Origin: Candidatus Cloacimonadales bacterium
GTDB taxonomy: Bacteria > Cloacimonadota > Cloacimonadia > Cloacimonadales > JAFGVF01
Assembly (NCBI GenBank): GCA_963678315.1
Contig: OY782781.1
Coordinates: 192,001 to 256,000, forward strand
DNA length: 64,000 nt
Direction: 5' to 3'
A program made the translations under genes and the position numbers. The notes beneath the pieces are model-generated. The model did no database searches and had not been told where the DNA came from. It saw only the letters and a list, made by a program, of their open reading frames with translations. Shown piece by piece: positions 49,301 to 58,832 of the stretch. Every line of letters begins with the position of its first letter. Position 1 is the stretch's first letter.

Positions 49301-50597
49301 GAATTATGCTAACTACAGTAATAAAGATAAGAATTTTGATGCAATTCAAGATATTATCCAACAAACCTATGCATCATCTCAAAAACTTGATTTAAAACAA
49401 CCACACTTTGCCCCTAGGTTCAATCATATAATTGGTATTCCTTTGAATCTAAGAAATAAGCCACAAGGCGTTATAGTACTAATGACAGCCCATGGTTCTC
49501 ATTATTTCCCAGAAAGAACTATCAACATGATTTCAGCCTTGTGTAATCAAATCATAATTCTGATTGAAAATGTTAAATCTTTAAGACTTGAGAAGACTCA
49601 TGATTCAATTAGAGGCAAACTAAACCAATCAAATACTTTCAATATTATTGGTCAAAGTAAAAAGATGTTGGATATTTTTGATATTATCAACAAAATCAAA
49701 GATACTCCGACCACTGTTCTTCTTGAAGGTCCTAGTGGTACTGGTAAAGAGCTAATAGCTCGAGCAATACATTATTCAAGTATTAGACGTAATAAAGAGT
49801 TTATTGCCCAATACTGTGGAGCTCTCCCAGAAACACTTCTTGAATCAGAATTGTTTGGTCACGTAAAAGGCTCATTTACGGGTGCAGCTTATGATAAAAA
49901 AGGTCTCTTTGAACTAGCCAACGGAGGAACATTCTTCCTTGATGAAATAGCAGATATTTCCCTTTCTACACAAGCAAAACTTCTTCGTTTTCTACAAGAA
50001 GGAGAGGTTAAAAGAGTTGGTTCAACAAAAACAGAGAAAGTTAATGTTCGTGTCGTGTGTGCTACTAATGTTTCCTTGATTGATAAAGTTAAAAAAGGTG
50101 AATTTAGACTAGATTTATATTATCGTTTAAATGTTATTAGGATTCAAGTACCTGCACTTATTGAAAGAAGAGATGATATACCATTACTAGGAATTCACTT
50201 CTTAGATAAGTACAACAAGCACATAAAGAAAAATGTAAGTGGAATCACTGATGAAGCTATGAAGATACTTCAAGGTTACGAATGGCCTGGTAATGTAAGA
50301 CAGCTTGAAAATGAAATTGAAAGAGCTGTGACTTTAGCTGATAGTTCTTCATTTATCAATGCTAACGATCTTTCACCAGAAGTGCTTAACTTCTCTGCTA
50401 ATAAGCAAACATTGAATATTCTATCTAAACCACAATCTCTCAAAGATGCAGTTGAAAAACTTGAGATTGATATGATTACACAAGCTTTAGAAGAATCTAG
50501 CTGGAACCAGACTAAAGCAGCTAAAATCTTAGGACTTAGTCGTCAAGGTCTTATTAAAAAAATGAAACGATATAATTTAGATAAGAATCAGGATTAA
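46329..50597 (+). CDS. Sigma54-dependent activator with N-terminal P-loop NTPase, TPR array and GAF domain
   Basis: 'GESGTGKS'/'VLIDD'; many 'YNNLG' TPRs; GAF-like block; 'GPSGTGKE', 'ESELFGHVKGSFTGA', 'FLDEI', 'FRLDLYYRL', 'WPGNVRQL'; Fis HTH. Confidence 0.92.
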   Translation: MDIGINEAMKKYIVAKISKVSSLMNKIEEKGSSLIEVIGESGTGKSLLFKDLISRLEAKGLFHHVLTPKIFCINHFKEFIQKLTNISENDYANITQQSIKFKTHEKYDFFYFFCEQLKLRDYIRPCIVLIDDCSLIDEYTRDFIHYIINDFRDLQIKVVTFSSKQIFTFSEKINLEYLKADDISEILSNSYPSSSNDFKHEGEIILNISKGNLYIANHIINKAKMNKSKLDISSFIDKNLESNDLHLKSIEELTDNQRKILLYIYLLDGHANILNLKTVFTKDLKKELDILCSRYLAVNHGTNYYIHKISSYSTIFSKIALKEIKDDIEKCLELLEGFELQSYNLVRYNIMLKKFDKEIFDSALKELSKLNDNVGTIDILNYMFMKQKKAVEKLDILKQLGLAHEYLGNYEDASEKYREYLHICGKHNFPEAEIIYHLSKSLFAMNSSNFALEVIKKYSPESIDSYWKSKIILLKGEILTEAEEFEEAVTIIDQAIGSAFQIKDPNKQWNLLGDAKKVTGKLYYYTNDYDKATDLFKDAENYYSKAENQKGLAAIYNNIGVLHQFKGEYDSAEEMYQKSLELETDRFNLKGISVCYNNLGGLMDDKGNRSRSLSYLNQAIQIQTLLNEPYPITNIYNNIGITYMDSKEYEKSEEAFLKSLEIAINFNFYRVLIATYNNLGALFNSKGDWDKAIEYYQKAIDKSTEYDDIDGLIISYSNLGEIYEKSGEFNVAYDLYFKGLELLPRINDENIKADLYGNIGSVLTSLHKFKEAYSFLVESLDFFKSVDAKHKIVEGCQKQAMYFVMTHNYESASYYLNQALTIAEELNLTNELGKAYYLKAILEQKDSDSAKKHIQKAIELFVSNSKQYELAQANYLLATILSDEAEWEQALQILFNNKKLIKKFGSIKLLEQNDILIQKIQKEHEAELRENKVQEDLLNKFYEITNELGVITDFDNLLEQSLNKLVDFAEADSAVFYLFNNKALPETWEYRNYANYSNKDKNFDAIQDIIQQTYASSQKLDLKQPHFAPRFNHIIGIPLNLRNKPQGVIVLMTAHGSHYFPERTINMISALCNQIIILIENVKSLRLEKTHDSIRGKLNQSNTFNIIGQSKKMLDIFDIINKIKDTPTTVLLEGPSGTGKELIARAIHYSSIRRNKEFIAQYCGALPETLLESELFGHVKGSFTGAAYDKKGLFELANGGTFFLDEIADISLSTQAKLLRFLQEGEVKRVGSTKTEKVNVRVVCATNVSLIDKVKKGEFRLDLYYRLNVIRIQVPALIERRDDIPLLGIHFLDKYNKHIKKNVSGITDEAMKILQGYEWPGNVRQLENEIERAVTLADSSSFINANDLSPEVLNFSANKQTLNILSKPQSLKDAVEKLEIDMITQALEESSWNQTKAAKILGLSRQGLIKKMKRYNLDKNQD

Positions 50598-50598
50598 A

Positions 50599-53439
50599 TT
50601 GGAAAGACAAAAATTAATTGATAGCTTTCAGTTCGTTGCTATTGATATTAAAACTACAGGCATTAGTCCTGAAAATAACAACATTGTAGAAATAGGAGCT
50701 TGTCTTTTTCAAAATGGAGAAAAGGTAAGTTCCTATCACTCCTACATACAGCCAACCTTTTCAATATCCCCTATAACTTTATCCAGTTTAGGTATTTCAC
50801 TTAATACCCTGAACCATTATGGACAACCACTTAAAGTTGTTCTGAAAGAACTAGCTGATTTTGCTCAAGATAAAACTATCTTGTTCATGAATAATTCTAA
50901 TCAGTATGAGTTTCTAACTTACCATATTTTTAAACAAAATCTAATCCCTTTTATTAACTTCCACTATGATGTTATTGAGCTTATAAAGATTTATTATCCA
51001 CTAATAGAAAGTCTCTCATTTGAGGATATTTGTAACAGTTTCGGTTTTAACCACAATGATATTAATAGCTCTGAAGCTAAATCTGAGCTTTTGGGTCAGC
51101 TGTTCTTTAAAATCATTAACCATATTATTGATAAAATACCTTATGCAAAGAATAGAATTATCTATAATCTAGCAACAATTTCTGATTTAGACAGCGATTT
51201 ACCTATTATATTACAAAGAATAACCGAGTATCAGCAGAAAACAGCACTATTATCAAAAGACATTAAGATAGAGAAGTCAGACAAACATTATTTTATTGAG
51301 TCAGAGCAAAAATCATCTGATCAACCTTCAGTAGAAGAAACTCTTGGTAAAGATGGACTCTTTAGCAAGCAATTCGCTAATTATGAAGAGAGAGAAGGGC
51401 AGTTAATGATGTCTAATGCTGTCAACAAAGCAATTAAAAGGAATGAGTTACTTTTGGTAGAAGCAGGAACAGGTGTGGGAAAATCTTTTGCTTACTTAGT
51501 TCCAGCAATAGCCTACTCTTCTCGCAAAGATGATAAGATTATCGTATCAACTAATACCAAGAATTTACAGGAACAACTTTTCTATAAAGATATTCCAACC
51601 TTATCTAAGATTTTACCTCAGAAATTCACAGCTATTATTATGAAAGGTCGCGAGAACTATATCTGTCTCCGAAGATGGAATGAAGCAGTTCTCAATATAA
51701 ACAACCTTTCTAAATTCGAAGCCCAAGGTCTTCTCTATTTAGTTATTTGGAAAGAGATGACCAGAACTGGTGATATATCAGAGAATAGTCTTTTTGACAA
51801 GGCTAAGTTTCCAGCAACATGGAGAAAAATCCTATCCGAAAGATACTTCTGTGGAGGTAAAAAGTGTTCTTTCTATAAGTCATGTCATGTAATGGATGTT
51901 AAGAAGAAACTTGATAAGGCTAATTTAGTTATTGTTAATCACTCATTACTGCTTGCAGATTTGATGAATGACCATCAAACTTTAGGAGAATATAAGAAAG
52001 TAATCTTAGATGAGGCTCATAACCTACCTACAGTGGCAGGAAAACACCTAGGTATTTCATTAACCTACTTCGATATTAACCAATTACTAAATCATATCGT
52101 TTTTGTGAAAGGCAAAAAGAAAATTGGTATGCTTCAGTCATTTGTTACTACTGTTGAAAATACAGTTCCTGACGATAAGCTTGTTAAGAAAACCCTAATA
52201 TCTATATCGAATACAATTATTGACTTCATAGCTGATAGTAAAAATACATTTGCAGATTTCTTTGATAAGTTAGCTCAAGAAGTAGATTCAAAAGGATCTT
52301 ATGGAAAATATAGGTTAAAGAGTAAAGATACAATTCCAAGCTTTATTGATGATTTACAGGAATTACATAAACATTGGAAAAAGCTTAAAAACTCATTCTT
52401 CAGTCTCACTGAAACTCTAAGGGATACATCACCTGATATTATTCATGAATACGACCAGAATCTTACTAATCTGGAAGGTGTCTTCTCACAAATCAGTGAA
52501 GTAGATGATAAGTTTAATGACTTAGAAAATGCTGACTGGCATGAATCTGCTATCTGGTTAGAATTACTCGGTTCAAGGAATACAGACTTCCCTACAGCAG
52601 TCATTAACTGTGCTCCTGTAGAAGTTACTGATAAGCTTAATGAATACCTTTACAATGCTGTTGATACCTTAGTTATGACATCTGCAACCTTAGCTATTAG
52701 AGGAGTCTTTAAATTCTTCTTAAACCAATCAGGACTCTCCCTCTTACAGGATAGACCTATTGTGCAGATATCAGTCCCTTCCCCTTTCGATTACGAGAAG
52801 CAAGCTAAGCTACTTTTACCAGATTTCTTACCTTTACCTAAGGATTCTTTCTACATCGACCAAGCTATTAAGCTTTTGAATGAGCTAATCTGCGAAACAT
52901 CACTTGGAAGTATGGTTTTATTCACCTCCTATAGAGATTTAAATTACGCTTTTGAACAACTTCAGGAGCCTCTTTTTGACAGAGGTATAAAGCTTCTTGC
53001 TCAAGGTATTTCTGGTAATAGAACTGCTATTCTTAATGAATTCAAGAAGAGCAAGAACTCTGTTTTACTTGGTACTTCTTCCTTCTGGGAAGGAGTTGAT
53101 GTTCAAGGCGATTCCTTATCACAACTTATTGTATTCAAACTTCCTTTCCAAGTTCCTTCTGAACCACTGGTTGAAGCTTATATTGAAAAACTAGAAGCTG
53201 AAAAGAAGAACTCTTTTATGCACTACATGCTACCTAATGCTCTGCTAAAAGTAAGACAGGGTTTCGGCCGTCTTATAAGAAGTAAACAGGACAAGGGAGT
53301 TGTGGTTATCTTAGACAAACGAGTTATTACCACCCGTTATGGAAGCTTTTTCAAGCAAGTTCTACCTGCAGAAATGACCATTGTAAAAACCGACTTAGAA
53401 CTTATCGACAGAACCAATAAATTCTTTAAATCATTCTAG
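50599..53439 (+). CDS. dinG: DinG family helicase with N-terminal DnaQ-like exonuclease domain
   Basis: 'VEAGTGVGKS', 'KGRENYIC', Fe-S cysteines, 'DEAH', 'TSATL', 'FWEGVD', 'QGFGRLIR'; TTG start. Confidence 0.92.
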   Translation: MERQKLIDSFQFVAIDIKTTGISPENNNIVEIGACLFQNGEKVSSYHSYIQPTFSISPITLSSLGISLNTLNHYGQPLKVVLKELADFAQDKTILFMNNSNQYEFLTYHIFKQNLIPFINFHYDVIELIKIYYPLIESLSFEDICNSFGFNHNDINSSEAKSELLGQLFFKIINHIIDKIPYAKNRIIYNLATISDLDSDLPIILQRITEYQQKTALLSKDIKIEKSDKHYFIESEQKSSDQPSVEETLGKDGLFSKQFANYEEREGQLMMSNAVNKAIKRNELLLVEAGTGVGKSFAYLVPAIAYSSRKDDKIIVSTNTKNLQEQLFYKDIPTLSKILPQKFTAIIMKGRENYICLRRWNEAVLNINNLSKFEAQGLLYLVIWKEMTRTGDISENSLFDKAKFPATWRKILSERYFCGGKKCSFYKSCHVMDVKKKLDKANLVIVNHSLLLADLMNDHQTLGEYKKVILDEAHNLPTVAGKHLGISLTYFDINQLLNHIVFVKGKKKIGMLQSFVTTVENTVPDDKLVKKTLISISNTIIDFIADSKNTFADFFDKLAQEVDSKGSYGKYRLKSKDTIPSFIDDLQELHKHWKKLKNSFFSLTETLRDTSPDIIHEYDQNLTNLEGVFSQISEVDDKFNDLENADWHESAIWLELLGSRNTDFPTAVINCAPVEVTDKLNEYLYNAVDTLVMTSATLAIRGVFKFFLNQSGLSLLQDRPIVQISVPSPFDYEKQAKLLLPDFLPLPKDSFYIDQAIKLLNELICETSLGSMVLFTSYRDLNYAFEQLQEPLFDRGIKLLAQGISGNRTAILNEFKKSKNSVLLGTSSFWEGVDVQGDSLSQLIVFKLPFQVPSEPLVEAYIEKLEAEKKNSFMHYMLPNALLKVRQGFGRLIRSKQDKGVVVILDKRVITTRYGSFFKQVLPAEMTIVKTDLELIDRTNKFFKSF

Positions 53440-53454
53440 TTTAAGGATTAAATC

Positions 53455-54354
53455 ATGAACTACCTTCCTTATTTTTGGAAAATACCTCAAGAACATCTTC
53501 ACGTAAATGAACCTTTAGCAAAATATACTTCTTTCAAGATAGGTGGACCTGCTGACCTTCTCATTACTCCAACAAATCTCAGCCAGCTTACTTCAGCAAT
53601 AAAGACTGCCAAAGAAGAAGACTTCAGATGCATGATTATCGGTGGAGGAAACAATATCCTCTTCTCTGATAAAGGCTTTAGAGGTGTAATTATTACAACC
53701 CATAAATTGATTAACTTGGCTCATGAAGGCAACAAACTTCTTGCTTATTGCGGAACAAAACTGTCTGATTTTTCTAAATACTGTATGCGACATGGACTCA
53801 CTGGAATGGAGTTCGCCTGTGGTATTCCTGGAACTGTTGGAGGTGCTACTTTCATGAACGCTGGAGCTTATGGTTCTGAAATGAAGAATGTTGTCACAGA
53901 AGTTATTTATCTTGATGAGAATCTTGTTTCCAGAACTAATAAAATAGGCCAACATGACTTCTCTTACCGTAACAGTATCTATCAGAAAAACAACTACACA
54001 ATACTAGTTACCTACTTCCAACTTAAGTATGCTGAAAGGAAAGATATTAAGGCTACAATGGATGATCTTACCTGTAAACGTGAAGATAAGCAACCTCTCG
54101 ACCTACCAAGTGCTGGATCTGTTTTCAGACGCCCTGAGGGACATTTTGTAGGCAAATTAATTGATGATTGTAAGCTTAGAGGCTATAAAATTGGTGGAGC
54201 TCAAATATCTACTAAGCACGCAGGATTCATAGTTAATAAAGGGAATGCAAGTGCTCAAGATGTTATAAATCTTATTAATCATATCAAAGAAACTGTTTAT
54301 AACAATTTTCAAGTTGAACTACAAACTGAAGTTAGGATTATTCCCGAAAAGTAA
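53455..54354 (+). CDS. murB: UDP-N-acetylenolpyruvoylglucosamine reductase
   Basis: 'TSFKIGGPA', 'GGGNN', 'GIPGTVGGA..MNAGAYG', 'QPLDLPSAGSVF', 'KHAGFIVN'. Confidence 0.97.
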   Translation: MNYLPYFWKIPQEHLHVNEPLAKYTSFKIGGPADLLITPTNLSQLTSAIKTAKEEDFRCMIIGGGNNILFSDKGFRGVIITTHKLINLAHEGNKLLAYCGTKLSDFSKYCMRHGLTGMEFACGIPGTVGGATFMNAGAYGSEMKNVVTEVIYLDENLVSRTNKIGQHDFSYRNSIYQKNNYTILVTYFQLKYAERKDIKATMDDLTCKREDKQPLDLPSAGSVFRRPEGHFVGKLIDDCKLRGYKIGGAQISTKHAGFIVNKGNASAQDVINLINHIKETVYNNFQVELQTEVRIIPEK

Positions 54355-54473
54355 ATTCCAATCTCCTAGAATTTTAATCCTAAAACACCTAACAATCCTC
54401 GATTGAAATCATTGGCTCGAAAAAGATATGTCCCCAAGGGACACTAGCTTTGATACTCTGTAAGGGTTTAAAT

Positions 54474-54514
54474 AAAAAAAAACAGAACGATAACCGGGTG
54501 GTTACCGCTCTGTT
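54474..54514 (-). terminator. Strong minus-strand intrinsic terminator
   Basis: 15-bp stem AACAGAGCGGTAACC-ACCC-GGTTATCGTTCTGTT followed by a U-run; two G-U pairs form only on the minus strand. Confidence 0.8.
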
Positions 54515-54659
54515 CGGAGGGCATTCTATGTAGGGTCTGTAGGTTTAATTTTACATTAAGGTTAACAACGTTTCCCTTAACTCTAATTACATTATTATCT
54601 AAACTGATTTTTTGGCAAGTAATTTTTTACTTTTTTTTACTTTTATATCTTAAATCCCT

Positions 54660-56063
54660 TTATAAAAGGCGTTTCATAGTATTCTTCAAAGTATCTGATT
54701 CCATCAATTTCATCATCCAATCTTCAGCAACCATTTTATTAAGCATAGAGATCGTAGGGAAAGAGTGTTGCATCATCATAATGTCAAACATACTTTTCTT
54801 ATATTGAATAGCCATAGTCCATTCATGAATGAGTTCACTTGCAGCTTCTCCAACAATTGAAACACCGTATATTTTACCTAGTTTGTTAGTAAGCACTTTA
54901 ATAAAACCTTCTGGATGACCATCTGCAACTGTTCTTCCATAAGTTTTATAGTCTTTCTTAACCACCATATACTTGATACCTTTGGCTTTTGCTTCCTTTT
55001 CGGTAAGTCCAACTTGGGCAAGCTCAGGCTTAGTAAAGACTGACCATGGAACTTGATACTTACTTCTTTTGAACTTTGGTAAGGCAACTGGACTCAGGGC
55101 ATGCATGAGGGAAGTCATTCCTTGGTGCATAGCAGCGTGAGAGAAGAGGTTCTTACCATTACAATCCCCCACTGCATAAATGTGTTTCTTATTAGTTCTG
55201 TTAAAGTCGTCTACATCTATACTATTCTTTGAATACTTGATTCCAGCATTGTTTAATTCCAGCGGTTCAAGAACTGCTTTTCTTCCTGTTGCCACTAATA
55301 TTTCTTTTGATTGAAGAACTCTTTTATCAGTATGAGTATGAATTATTCCCTCTTTCTGTTCAACTTTGAGAATCTTTTCTCCATTATAAATACCGATACC
55401 TTCTGCAACTAGTGATTCTTCAAGAAGTCTTGCTGCTTCTTCATCTCCAGAAGGAACTAAATGCTTGTCCATGTGAACAAGATTAACCTTAGTCCCCAAC
55501 CTGCTAAAAGCTTGAGCCATCTCTGTTCCAATAGCTCCTCCACCAATTATGGTTAGTGACTGAGGCATTTCTTCAACTTCAAACATGTTGACATTCGTCA
55601 ACTTTGGAACATCTTTTAGACCAGGAATCGGCGGTATAAAAGGTTCTGTACCAGTTGCAATAAAGATTTTCTTTGCTGTATACTTCTTGCCATCAACTTC
55701 AACAATTTTGTCAGTCAAGAATTTTGCAGCCCCCTTACCTATTACTAAATCAACTTTTTCAAACACTTTCATGAATTTCTTATTGTTGATACCGCTTATT
55801 TTCTGGCGGACAATATTCATTGGGTCTTGACTTTTTTTATACAATTCTGCTTCAATTCCATATTTATTCAAATTCTCAGCAATATTGCTAACTTCTGCAG
55901 CCTTTAAGAGTGCTTTACTAGGTATACATCCTACATTAAGACACTCTCCGCCTACTTTGTACTTTTCGATAGCTAACACATCAAATCCCATTGCTGACGC
56001 CATAGCTGATACAGCCATTCCAGCTGGTCCCATACCAATTACAATAATATCTTTCCTGATCAT
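54660..56063 (-). CDS. Class I pyridine nucleotide-disulfide oxidoreductase (Lpd/MerA-like)
   Basis: 'GMGPAG', 'GGECLNVGCIPSK', 'IGGGAIG', 'ATGR', 'IYAVGD'. Confidence 0.9.
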   Translation of the reverse strand: MIRKDIIVIGMGPAGMAVSAMASAMGFDVLAIEKYKVGGECLNVGCIPSKALLKAAEVSNIAENLNKYGIEAELYKKSQDPMNIVRQKISGINNKKFMKVFEKVDLVIGKGAAKFLTDKIVEVDGKKYTAKKIFIATGTEPFIPPIPGLKDVPKLTNVNMFEVEEMPQSLTIIGGGAIGTEMAQAFSRLGTKVNLVHMDKHLVPSGDEEAARLLEESLVAEGIGIYNGEKILKVEQKEGIIHTHTDKRVLQSKEILVATGRKAVLEPLELNNAGIKYSKNSIDVDDFNRTNKKHIYAVGDCNGKNLFSHAAMHQGMTSLMHALSPVALPKFKRSKYQVPWSVFTKPELAQVGLTEKEAKAKGIKYMVVKKDYKTYGRTVADGHPEGFIKVLTNKLGKIYGVSIVGEAASELIHEWTMAIQYKKSMFDIMMMQHSFPTISMLNKMVAEDWMMKLMESDTLKNTMKRLL

Positions 56064-56087
56064 AATGACTCCAATTCCCTGTTTTTC

Positions 56088-56444
56088 TTATTCTGCTTTT
56101 AGTAACAACTTTTCGATTGTATCAATTAATGATTTCTTTGGTACTGCCCCTGCAGCCATTGATGGTTGTCCTTCTTGAGGGATAAAAAGTAAAGAAGGTA
56201 TACTTCTAATTCCAAACATAGAAGCTAGTTCTTGCTCGTTTTCTGTATTGATTTTGTAAATATCTATTTTACCATCATATTCTTTAGAAAGTTCTTCTAA
56301 AATAGGTGACATCATTTTACAAGGACCACACCAATCTGCATAAAAATCAATTAATGCTGGTCTTGAACCTTCAAACTTCCATTCCTTGTTTTCTTCATAA
56401 TTAAATACTTTTTCTTTAAATGTTTTTAGTGATAAATGTTCCAT
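56088..56444 (-). CDS. trxA: Thioredoxin
   Basis: 'DFYADWCGPCK', 'IRSIPS'. Confidence 0.95.
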   Translation of the reverse strand: MEHLSLKTFKEKVFNYEENKEWKFEGSRPALIDFYADWCGPCKMMSPILEELSKEYDGKIDIYKINTENEQELASMFGIRSIPSLLFIPQEGQPSMAAGAVPKKSLIDTIEKLLLKAE

Positions 56445-56596
56445 GATTACCTCTTAGTTTTATTATTTATCAAAAGTATAAAGTGTTTGCTAATTTATGC
56501 AAATAGTTTTTTTAACTTTTTTTTCTAGTCAATATTTATTGATTGAATATATTATCATTAAGCAAATAAACATCAACTTTGGGGAGTATGATAATT

Positions 56597-57679
56597 ATGA
56601 AAAAAATGCTATTAATTCTATTTGTTGCAATACTTATGCTAGTTTCGGCTTGTAAGGGAAAAGATAATTCTAATGATAAATTAAACATTGGTTTTATATA
56701 CGTAGGAACTGTGGCTGACAATGGGTGGACTTATGCTCATAGTAAAGGGCAACAAGAAGTTTCTGAAATGGAAATAGTGAATGAAACATTTTATTATCAG
56801 AATATCTCCACAAGAAAGAGAACTGAGGAAGTTATAGATGAACTTATCAATGAGAAGAATTGTAAGATGATATTCACTACTTCTCATGACCATTTAGAAG
56901 CAACCTTAGCAAAAGCTAAAGAATATCCAGATGTCGTATTTGAAAATTGCAGTGGATTTGTCAAAACAGACAATGTCTCTTCATACTTTGGAAAAATATA
57001 TAAGCCTTGGTATATAGCAGGACAGTTGGCTGGTATTAAAACTGTCACTAACAAGATAGGGATTCTCTCAGCCCATCAAATTAATGAGTGTTTGAGAATA
57101 GTTAACGCCTTTACTCTTGGAGTTAAAAGTGTCAATCCTGATGCAGTAGTTAAAGTAGAATTTACCCATTCTTGGTGTGCACCACCCAAAGAAAAAACGC
57201 TTTCAGAATACTTGATAAGCCAAGGATGCGATGTTTTAGCACATGATACAGATTCTAGTGAACCTGAAATCGTATCCGAAAAAGCTGGAGTATGGTCAAT
57301 CGGCTACAATTCAGACAAAAGTAAATTCGCCCCTGATATGCACTTAACTAGTGTTATTTGGAATTGGGCTCCTTACTATATAGAAAGAGTTAATAAGTTT
57401 GCTAAAGGTGTTTGGCAGCCAGCAATAACATGGGGAGGCTACGAAACCGACATGTTTGGTCTCACTCCTTTCCGCGATATCCTCAAACCTGAAGAGGCAA
57501 TAATCATAGATAATACTCTAGAAAAGATAAAGAGTAAAGAGCTTAATATTTTTACTGGCCCAATTTATGATAACAAAGGTAATATTAGAGTTAAAGAAGG
57601 TCAGGTTTTAACAGATGCAGAACTCCTTAAAATAGACTGGTTAGTTAAAGGAGTAGATGGCAATCTCTTTGAGCAATAA
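56597..57679 (+). CDS. BMP family (PnrA/TmpC-like) ABC substrate-binding lipoprotein
   Basis: Lipobox 'LVSAC', 'GFIYVG..D.GWTYAH', 'NAFTLG', 'IGYNSD', 'WLVKGV'. Confidence 0.88.
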   Translation: MKKMLLILFVAILMLVSACKGKDNSNDKLNIGFIYVGTVADNGWTYAHSKGQQEVSEMEIVNETFYYQNISTRKRTEEVIDELINEKNCKMIFTTSHDHLEATLAKAKEYPDVVFENCSGFVKTDNVSSYFGKIYKPWYIAGQLAGIKTVTNKIGILSAHQINECLRIVNAFTLGVKSVNPDAVVKVEFTHSWCAPPKEKTLSEYLISQGCDVLAHDTDSSEPEIVSEKAGVWSIGYNSDKSKFAPDMHLTSVIWNWAPYYIERVNKFAKGVWQPAITWGGYETDMFGLTPFRDILKPEEAIIIDNTLEKIKSKELNIFTGPIYDNKGNIRVKEGQVLTDAELLKIDWLVKGVDGNLFEQ

Positions 57680-57915
57680 AGACATTTTATTGTTAGCTTA
57701 AAAAGATCATTTTGTAACTTTCTTGCTTAGATGATTTGTAAGCTTTCAAAATCATCTGAGCATAGTCTATTTTATCCATTTCATTATACAAAAGTCTGCT
57801 TCATTGAGCCTTTCTCTTTTGGTTAGCAATTGATTTATATATTTATTAATGATATCTTTCCTTTACATAAATTATACAAGTTATTATTTGGCCTTATAAT
57901 TCTAGAGGTAAAGTT

Positions 57916-58671
57916 ATGAAAACAGACTTCCATATACATTCATTTATCAGTACAGACAGCAGATTAAAACATGAGTTAATAATAGAAAAAGCTATTGAAA
58001 GAGCTTATTCTAAGATAGCATTTACTGATCATTATGAACCTAAATACCCAAATTGGAGCTTTGAAAAGAAGTATTCCTTAGACTCTTATTATAAGACTTA
58101 CCTTGATTTAAAAGAAAGGTATAAAGACAAGATTGATATATTATTTGGAATAGAGATAGGTGAATATCAGGAATTTACTTCTAAAGTTGATGATTTTCTG
58201 GTAAACTACAAATTTGATATTCGTATTGGATCGATCCACTATTTGCCACCAGAAATCGATATTGCTACTCCCATGGGTAGATTATTATCAACAAAACAAA
58301 TCGAACAATACTATAAAATCAACCTTAAATTAGTTGAAAACTGTAATATCAATGTTCTTGGCCATCTAGGAGTATTTCACAGATATGATATGCACAATAT
58401 TGACTGTGCCAAGCCAATCCTCAAAGATATTTTTCAGGTAATGATAGAAAGAGAGATTGCTCTTGAGATTAATTTTTCAGGATTAAGAAAGCCATCAAAT
58501 GCTTTAGTTCCTACAATTCCAGTAATTGAACAATATGCTTCTGAAGGTGGTAAGCTACTATCTTTCGGGTCAGACTCTCATGTCCTAAACGCTTTTGATG
58601 ATAAGTATGACCAAATGCTTGAACAGATTAAAAGAATTGGTATTGATTATAGAATTATTACCTGCCAATAG
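57916..58671 (+). CDS. PHP-domain phosphatase (HisJ/HisK histidinol-phosphatase family)
   Basis: 'DFHIHS', 'FTDH', 'GIEIG', 'GSIH', 'LGHL', 'EIN', 'GSDSH'. Confidence 0.88.
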   Translation: MKTDFHIHSFISTDSRLKHELIIEKAIERAYSKIAFTDHYEPKYPNWSFEKKYSLDSYYKTYLDLKERYKDKIDILFGIEIGEYQEFTSKVDDFLVNYKFDIRIGSIHYLPPEIDIATPMGRLLSTKQIEQYYKINLKLVENCNINVLGHLGVFHRYDMHNIDCAKPILKDIFQVMIEREIALEINFSGLRKPSNALVPTIPVIEQYASEGGKLLSFGSDSHVLNAFDDKYDQMLEQIKRIGIDYRIITCQ

Positions 58672-58770
58672 AGATTTATCTAATGTTCTACGTACTAGAA
58701 AACTTCTTTATCTCCATGTAAAAAACAAGTAGACTATATACTTCTGTTTTTAGGAAAAACTTGCTTTACC

Positions 58771-58832
58771 CTCTTGGGCCTCCTGCATTAAATTGGCTTT
58801 TTATGCAGGTGGGGCAAGAGGATATAGGCAGT
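58771..58832. repeat. CCTGCAT..ATGCAGG dispersed repeat, inverted copy of 5535-5596
   Basis: 57/62 identity to the reverse complement of 5535-5596. Confidence 0.85.

Noticed and set aside
54660..56063. Mercuric reductase merA
   Set aside because: No C-terminal Cys-Cys, no NmerA domain and no mer operon
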